Shown piece by piece: positions 57,871 through 64,000 of a DNA stretch of 64,000 bases. The translations under genes were made by a program, and so were the position numbers. Source of the stretch: Chloroflexota bacterium (GTDB lineage: Bacteria; Chloroflexota; UBA11872; VXOZ01); NCBI GenBank assembly GCA_964291655.2, contig OZ219802.1:672001-736000 (forward strand). Reading direction: 5' to 3'. Each line of letters starts with the position of its first letter. Position 1 is the stretch's first letter. Below the pieces are notes generated by a model. That model was not told the origin of the DNA, made no database searches, and was given only the letters and a program-made list of their open reading frames with translations.

Positions 57871-58455
57871 ATGCTTGCCGACCGCATGTTCCGTGCCGCC
57901 ATGCTCGATCCGCTGGTGTTCGACGAGATCAAAGAAGACCGCAATGCAATGACCCAAGCAGTGCAGGTCGTTATCATCGTTGGTGTTATCGGCGTCATCA
58001 GCAGTCTCGTGCAGTTGCTCAATACCCCGGCGGAGTCTGGGGTAGAGGTTAGTGTTTCCACCAACATAGCGACATCTGTTGCCACTGCAGTCCTTGGCTG
58101 GCTGCTGTGGGCGTTCCTTGCCTACCTGCTGGGAACCGGTGTCTTTGGCGGCACAGCCAGCTACCTGCAAATGCTCCGCGCGATCGGTTTTGCCCAATCG
58201 CCGTCGGTCATTTCCATACTCTCCGTGCCATTGGTCTTCATTCCAACTGCCGGGGCAGTCCTGGGCGGACTCTTGGGTCTTGCGGCGGCACTTTGGGTCC
58301 TCATAGTAGACGTCATCGCAACGCGGCAGACCCTGGGGATTAGTACCGGCAAGGCAACGATCATTACGGTTATCATTGCAGTCGCCATGATCGTAATATT
58401 CTTAGCCGTATCGTTTGCGCTCTTTCCCGAGAACTTCCAAATCGATAACGTGTGA
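57871..58455 (+). CDS. YIP1-family membrane protein, copy 1
   Basis: RM.RAA.LD...F.E...D..A..QA..VV, LR.IGFAQSP, A.RQ.L. Confidence 0.8.
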   Translation: MLADRMFRAAMLDPLVFDEIKEDRNAMTQAVQVVIIVGVIGVISSLVQLLNTPAESGVEVSVSTNIATSVATAVLGWLLWAFLAYLLGTGVFGGTASYLQMLRAIGFAQSPSVISILSVPLVFIPTAGAVLGGLLGLAAALWVLIVDVIATRQTLGISTGKATIITVIIAVAMIVIFLAVSFALFPENFQIDNV

Positions 58456-58706
58456 AGGAACTTGCGTAGCGCTCAATTGACGACAATGGGCGGCGCGCGA
58501 CCGGCGAAGGTTGCAGCCAGGAGACTCTTGCACGGCATTGTTCCATGACCGGGGAGGAAATCGGCTAGGATTCAATAATTCGCATACCAAGCTTGCAGGT
58601 TCTAATGCAATATGCTAGAATTTGGCAATAACTGGAGTTTTGATTTCCAGTTCTGGGTGGTGGAGCAGTCATATTCGTCCGAGAAGCACAAAGAAAGGAA
58701 GAAGCC

Positions 58707-59264
58707 ATGCTCGTTAACCGCATGATTCGAGCTGCTATGCTCGATCCTCGGCTGTATGAGGAGGTGGAGCACGACCGTAACGCTACCAGTCAAGCTGTGC
58801 AAGTGGTACTCATCGTCGCTCTTGCCAGCGGTATCGGTGGCGCGTTATGGAAACTCCTAACCTTGAATCCAATCGATGCCGTATCGGGCCTCGTGGGCGG
58901 CATTCTTGTCGCAGTACTCGGCTGGCTGACCTGGGCGCTCGTTACCTACATCATTGGCGCCAAATTGCTTGGCGGCACGGCCACATACGGGGAGATGCTG
59001 CGCACGCTCGGCTTTGCCCAGTCGCCAAACGTGCTCCTAGTCTTCATGGGCGTGCTGGGAGCAATCCCCTTGATCGGCGGCCTGCTGCGGCTCGCCCTGC
59101 TTATCTGGGTGCTCCTCGCCGGCCTCATCGCTATCCGTCAGGCGCTCGACGTGGGAACCGGCAAGGCTATCCTAACGGCAATCATCGGTTGGGTTGTGAT
59201 GACAATCATAGTCGCCATAGTAGCTTCTGTGTTTGGCATCGGCGTTCCAGCTCCAACAGCGTAG
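58707..59264 (+). CDS. YIP1-family membrane protein, copy 2
   Basis: Tandem paralogue with the same motifs. Confidence 0.8.
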   Translation: MLVNRMIRAAMLDPRLYEEVEHDRNATSQAVQVVLIVALASGIGGALWKLLTLNPIDAVSGLVGGILVAVLGWLTWALVTYIIGAKLLGGTATYGEMLRTLGFAQSPNVLLVFMGVLGAIPLIGGLLRLALLIWVLLAGLIAIRQALDVGTGKAILTAIIGWVVMTIIVAIVASVFGIGVPAPTA

Positions 59265-59410
59265 CAGTTTGGCGGCGTCTTCATAGTCTCAGAGTCGTGA
59301 CTGGCTAGATGCGGTAAAGCGTAGAGCCTGGCTGTTTCGGGCCAATTCCCTGAGTAATTTACACTTGAGCCGGATACAGCAATAGAATCTGTGGGTAGTC
59401 GCTAGAGTCA

Positions 59411-59803
59411 ATGAGTTCTCTTCCGTTCCATTTCCCTGAAGTCTATGAGGGGTTTGCGGAAGCCGAAGGCCTCTTGGTCCTCACTTCCAATGCCATAGTG
59501 CTCGAGTATCAGATTAAGGACGTCTTTACCGGCGCTTTCAAATCAGATTTAAAGAAGGTCGTTCTGCCCTTCGAGCAGATTGATGACGTAGAGTTCCGGA
59601 CAAACTTCCTGAGAACAGACATCGCTATCCAGATGAATAGTATGGAGCTCGTGGAGGATGTTCCCAACGCCAAACAGGGCAGAGTCCGGTTGAAGATTCC
59701 TCGTAAGTACCGCAGGGAAGCGGCTGCCCTCGCTCACGAAATTTCCATCACCGTATCTGATCGCAAGATTGAAAAGCTCGAACGTAATTTAGGCGGCGAG
59801 TGA
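59411..59803 (+). CDS. Hypothetical protein (beta-rich, possibly PH-like)
   Basis: Uninterrupted 130-aa ORF with globular composition; fills the gap between flanking genes. Confidence 0.65.
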   Translation: MSSLPFHFPEVYEGFAEAEGLLVLTSNAIVLEYQIKDVFTGAFKSDLKKVVLPFEQIDDVEFRTNFLRTDIAIQMNSMELVEDVPNAKQGRVRLKIPRKYRREAAALAHEISITVSDRKIEKLERNLGGE

Positions 59804-59890
59804 CCGTAAGACTGCTCCGATAGCCCCGTCTGCACGGCTCGGTACATAGGCTGTGAGTGGGATTCCAAAGCGATCACTTGCAGATTCAGC

Positions 59891-60670
59891 CTATAGACCG
59901 ATGATGTGGTAGCCCGCGTCCACGTGGATGGTCTCGCCCGTCACGCCGGACGAGAGTGAGGAGGCCAGGTAGAGAGCGGTATCACCCACTTCCGCTTGGG
60001 TGATGTTGCGGCGCAGAGGCGTACGCTCCGGCAGATCGAGCAGGAAGTTGCGCCCGCCGGGTATGCCTGCCAAAGAGAGGGTGCGCATGGCGCCGGCGGA
60101 GATGGCGTTTACCCGAATGTTATGGGGTCCGAGATTCTCGGCCAGGTAGCGCATGTTGGCATCCAGCGTGGCCTTGGCCGGGCCCATGAGCTTATAGCCC
60201 GCCACCACGCGTTCACCGCCCAGATACGTCAAAGCCATAATGCTGCCGCCTCCGGCCTTCTGCATGAGCGGCAGTGCCGCCCGCGAAAGCGTAATCAATG
60301 AGTGTGCGCTGATTTCTATCGCCTGCAGAAAACCGTCCCGCGACGTATCCACAAACTCTTTCGCGAATTCTTCCCGATTGGCGAATGCGAGGCTATGCAC
60401 CAAGATGTCCACCTTGCCGAACTCTTGCTCCACAAGGGAAAACAGTGATTCAACCTCTTCAGGATGCGTCACGTCGCAGGGCGCCACCAACGGGTTGTCA
60501 AGTGTAGCGGCGAGGTCCTGCACGCGCGTGGCCAAACGTTCCACCTGGTAATTCAAGGCAATGCGCGCCCCGGCGCCGGCCAGCGCCTGCACGATGGCCC
60601 AGGCCGCGCTCTCCTTATTGGCTACTCCCATGACAAGTGCATGCTTGCCGCGCAAGTCTATCGTGTACAT
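59891..60670 (-). CDS. fabI: Enoyl-ACP reductase (NADH)
   Basis: GK..LV.GVAN..S.AW, CDV, LVHSLAFA, TYLG, Y..MG.AKA.L, VNAISAG..RTL, TGE.IHVD.G. Confidence 0.95.
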   Translation of the reverse strand: MYTIDLRGKHALVMGVANKESAAWAIVQALAGAGARIALNYQVERLATRVQDLAATLDNPLVAPCDVTHPEEVESLFSLVEQEFGKVDILVHSLAFANREEFAKEFVDTSRDGFLQAIEISAHSLITLSRAALPLMQKAGGGSIMALTYLGGERVVAGYKLMGPAKATLDANMRYLAENLGPHNIRVNAISAGAMRTLSLAGIPGGRNFLLDLPERTPLRRNITQAEVGDTALYLASSLSSGVTGETIHVDAGYHIIGL

Positions 60671-60938
60671 TCCATTACTCCCTAAAGTGAAGCTCTCATT
60701 GCCATCTGCTCGATTCCAAGGCCGCCTCACAGTTCATCTGCGAACAATACCTAATCGCCTTGGCCGACCTTGCCTCTTTCACTATTAACTAATCATCGGC
60801 CGGACTTTATGATACCGCAATGCAGCCCTCGGTACGCGGGATACGCTATGCCACCGACCGCTACCTGGCCTTTGTGTTGACAGAGTGGCAGAGCCGCTTC
60901 GACAATGAAGTGAAGTGGTCGCAAGAAAGGATGAGAGC

Positions 60939-61226
60939 ATGGATACGGAGAATTGGCTGCCTGCCGTCGAAGAGGTGCTTGACACTGCCACGCAGTGGCT
61001 GCGGAGCATTGGACCGGCGGAGTTGGATCAAGTTCCCGACTGGGGCATTTGGGTCATCCTCGCGATTGGCGTCCTGGTGGTCTTCTCGATCATCTCGCAC
61101 ATAGTAAGCGCCCTGCTGCGACCGATCGTGAGACTAGTGCAGATACTCGCCTTTCTCGCCATAGCCGCCGCCGCGGGAGTATATATCCTGCGGGAACTTG
61201 GCTACGTGAACATTGGGATTGGCTAA
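60939..61226 (+). CDS. Small hypothetical membrane protein
   Basis: Two hydrophobic helices; RBS-like GGATGAG. Confidence 0.6.
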   Translation: MDTENWLPAVEEVLDTATQWLRSIGPAELDQVPDWGIWVILAIGVLVVFSIISHIVSALLRPIVRLVQILAFLAIAAAAGVYILRELGYVNIGIG

Positions 61227-61457
61227 CCAAATCTGGAAAGTGCAGTCTGCAGCCACGTCATAAGCCTTGTACTTGATAGATCCGTAGTGAGCGCCTGTAC
61301 AGCCGCTCTAGGGCAGCGGAGACTTGATGCTCCCGTAGCGGCTCTTTAGACTGCGCGCTGTCCAGCACGAGTGCCAGGATAATCTGATGGCGCACAGGTC
61401 TTTTCCACCGGTGAACTGCAAGCAGAACACAATCATCGTGAGCGATGGGAGAAAAGC

Positions 61458-63179
61458 ATGACCACGGAAACGCAATGGGAAGCACACGTGCAAGCAGCCA
61501 CGGCGCCCTCCGGCATGGTGGCGGCGAAACACCGCCTCGCCGCTCAAGCCGGTTTGGAAGTGCTGCAAGCCGGTGGGAACGCCGTAGATGCCGCAGTCGC
61601 GACGGCCTTCGCCGCCGGCGTGGTGGAGCCGCCCATGAGCGGCGTCGGTGGTGGCGGCTATATGTCCATCTTCCTTAAGGAATCACAACAACGGGTGGTC
61701 GTGGCTTTCCCCATGCAAGCGCCTCAGGCAGCATCCCCGGACATGTGGGAGTTGGTAGAGGGCTACGATAACGAGCTGTTTGGCTGGCGATTGGTCAAGG
61801 ACAATGCCAACATCTACGGCTATTCGTCGATTGCCATACCGGGTATGGTGGCCGGCATGGCGGCAGCGCTGGAGGAATTCGGCACAATCGGGCTGGATAG
61901 TGCCGTAGCACCGGCTATTCGTCTGGCTGAAGAGGGCTTTGCGCTATCGTGGTTCGAGACCATGTGGCAAGCGCAAGACCTTGCCCTGCTCAACCGGTTT
62001 CCCGCCACTGCGGACACCTTCCTTAGCAACGGCTATCCGCATCGGCTGCCGTTTCTTACAGAACCGGGAGCAGCGGGCATGCTGCGTCAGCCGGAACTAG
62101 GCGCTACGCTGCGCGCCCTTGCAGAGGACGGCCCTTCGGTGCTCTACGGCGGACGGGTTGGGGAACAGATTGCCCGTCACGTTCAGGAAAACGGTGGGAT
62201 CCTCTCCGTCGAAGACTTTGCCCAGTATGAGGCTACAGTCCATGCGCAGTCAGTCCTGGGCACGTACCGCGATGCAAACGTCATCGGAATGCGGGGCGGC
62301 ACGGGCGCGCCCACCGTGATGGAGATTCTCAACATCCTGGATAACTTCGACGTCCGAGCATTAGGCCACAACTCAGCCGACTACCTGCACGCATTCATTG
62401 AAGCTTCCGGCCAGGCGTTTGCCGACCGTTTTGCCTACATGGCCGATCCGACGCGTGTGCCGGTTCCCCTGGACGGCCTCCTCTCCAAGGAATACGCCGC
62501 CGCCATGGCCCGGACGATCGATCGCCAAAAAGCGCATGCGGAGCGCACGCATGGCGATCCGTGGCAGTATCAGTCCGGCAGCGGAGCTGCGGATTCAAGC
62601 CCGCTGCCCAGTTCGTCTGCAGAATCGACTACGCATCTCGCCGCTATGGACGGCGCGGGGAATGCCGTGGCACTCACGCAGACGCTGCTCTCTGCGTGGG
62701 GTTCGCGGGTGGTCGTGCCGGGCGCCGGCGTACTCATGAATAACGGCATGATGTGGTACAACCCGGAGCCGGGCACGAGCAACTCGACGGAAGGCGGTAA
62801 GAAGCCGCTCAACAACATGTGCCCGATCGTCCTCGAGCGTGACGGCCAGGCACTCGCAGCATTGGGCGCGTCCGGCGGGCGGCGCATTATCAACACGGTT
62901 GCTCAGCTTGCCATCAATTTAGTTGACTTCGATCTGGACATTCAAGGCGCGATCAACGCCCCGCGCATGGATTGCAGCACCTTGAATCCGATTGTGAGCA
63001 TTCGCATAGACCCTGCCGTCTGCGCGGAACTCAGGCGACGGGGCCACAACATCATCGTGGCGGAGGAAGCATTCCTGCCGCGTTACTTTGCGAGCCCAGT
63101 CGCGATTCAGCGGCAAGACGGGTCACTGATCGGCGCTGCCGACCCGTATTACCCAACCTCGGCAGCAATGGGATATTAG
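61458..63179 (+). CDS. ggt: Gamma-glutamyltransferase family Ntn hydrolase
   Basis: GGNAVDAAVA, EP..SG.GGG, PGMVAG, FADR..Y.AD, STTH nucleophile, NNGM, GASGG..I, APR. Confidence 0.92.
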   Translation: MTTETQWEAHVQAATAPSGMVAAKHRLAAQAGLEVLQAGGNAVDAAVATAFAAGVVEPPMSGVGGGGYMSIFLKESQQRVVVAFPMQAPQAASPDMWELVEGYDNELFGWRLVKDNANIYGYSSIAIPGMVAGMAAALEEFGTIGLDSAVAPAIRLAEEGFALSWFETMWQAQDLALLNRFPATADTFLSNGYPHRLPFLTEPGAAGMLRQPELGATLRALAEDGPSVLYGGRVGEQIARHVQENGGILSVEDFAQYEATVHAQSVLGTYRDANVIGMRGGTGAPTVMEILNILDNFDVRALGHNSADYLHAFIEASGQAFADRFAYMADPTRVPVPLDGLLSKEYAAAMARTIDRQKAHAERTHGDPWQYQSGSGAADSSPLPSSSAESTTHLAAMDGAGNAVALTQTLLSAWGSRVVVPGAGVLMNNGMMWYNPEPGTSNSTEGGKKPLNNMCPIVLERDGQALAALGASGGRRIINTVAQLAINLVDFDLDIQGAINAPRMDCSTLNPIVSIRIDPAVCAELRRRGHNIIVAEEAFLPRYFASPVAIQRQDGSLIGAADPYYPTSAAMGY

Positions 63180-63203
63180 AGGGGGATAGAACCTCAAACG
63201 TCC

Positions 63204-63896
63204 TTACGCCTGAGCGCGGTCATAGAGAAACCGGTTGCGCAAGCGGGCAGAGAGCGCTAGTGGAGAACCGCGGTCTTGGCGCAGTCCGGCGGTGAGACGG
63301 CGAAATACAAGGATGAGAGAAAGCGCCGCAAACGTCAGTACCGTGGCGGGTGAATCACCAAGCGCCACGGCCGCGAAGGGTAGGATTACAATCGAGATCA
63401 TCATGAAGAGGGGCACGGTGCGACTGTCCTTGCTCTCTTTACCTAGGACTGCGGCCGTAGCCTGCTGCTTGCGGCGACCCATGACTACATGTGCCGCAAG
63501 ACCGGCGCCAGCCGGCATAACGGCCCAGAAGAAGGTCATTGGCGATAGAGCTATCACGACGCCAGCCACCACTGAGATACCCCGCCCTCCGTGGAAGCGG
63601 AGAAAGATGGGCCAGCATTGCCCGGCCACTGCCGCAATTGCCGCCAGCCCAATCACGCTGTCATTGAGATCGAGCGCTCGCGCCACAAGCACTGGCGCCA
63701 CGCCTTTGCCAATATCCAGAACCGCGCCGAGAATACCCGTGAACGGCCCCACTGTGCGCCACAAATTGGTGCCACCAACATTACGGCTGCCTTCATCCCG
63801 CAAGTCGACGCCGGCAACGCGCCCCAATAGATAGACAAACGGAACTGCTCCCAGTAAGTAGGCAGCAAGCATAAGACCGATAACTTGAATTGCCAT
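63204..63896 (-). CDS. plsY: Glycerol-3-phosphate acyltransferase PlsY family
   Basis: YLLG.VP, DLR..GS.NVG.TN, DI.KG, G..WPIFL.F.GG.G. Confidence 0.85.
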   Translation of the reverse strand: MAIQVIGLMLAAYLLGAVPFVYLLGRVAGVDLRDEGSRNVGGTNLWRTVGPFTGILGAVLDIGKGVAPVLVARALDLNDSVIGLAAIAAVAGQCWPIFLRFHGGRGISVVAGVVIALSPMTFFWAVMPAGAGLAAHVVMGRRKQQATAAVLGKESKDSRTVPLFMMISIVILPFAAVALGDSPATVLTFAALSLILVFRRLTAGLRQDRGSPLALSARLRNRFLYDRAQA

Positions 63897-64000
63897 AGTC
63901 TACTTCTCTAACCCCCACACTCCGTCGCCGGCTTCACGCGCGGTCTGTGCCAGAGATTACCACGCTAGCGATATCTTGCCCACATAGGCTGCTTTCCTGC

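Overview
GC-rich bacterial chromosomal window, most consistent with a Chloroflexota genome. This assignment is inferred from the Tat-lipoprotein binding proteins, the HNH/SWIM pair, Yip1 paralogues and general protein style. Contents from left to right: (1) a trp operon (trpD-C-F, orphan DUF2281, trpS, trpB-A); (2) a putative organosulfur uptake/reduction cluster (TauABC/NrtABD-type ABC transporter, AsfA/AprA-like flavoprotein, 2x[4Fe-4S] ferredoxin, divergent rhodanese), split by a complete IS481 that inserted into a palindromic repeat; (3) mazE with a damaged mazF, a flippase and a BIME-like 73-bp repeat array; (4) a FecBDE/BtuCDF-type metal-chelate uptake locus with two binding proteins behind promoters carrying Fur-family-like boxes, a membrane-anchored DUF1028 protein and a CbiX/SirB-fold + thioredoxin-like [2Fe-2S] fusion lacking the chelatase histidines, which is the best candidate for an undescribed system; (5) housekeeping and catabolic genes (smpB, RNase J-like, hppA, hisC, tRNA-Gly, fabI, ggt, plsY and others). 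At least six REP-like palindrome families occupy the intergenic space, and one copy is translated inside trpC. Two candidate structured RNAs were found by eye. No CRISPR, rRNA or prophage was seen. All assignments are motif-based; no database search was run.
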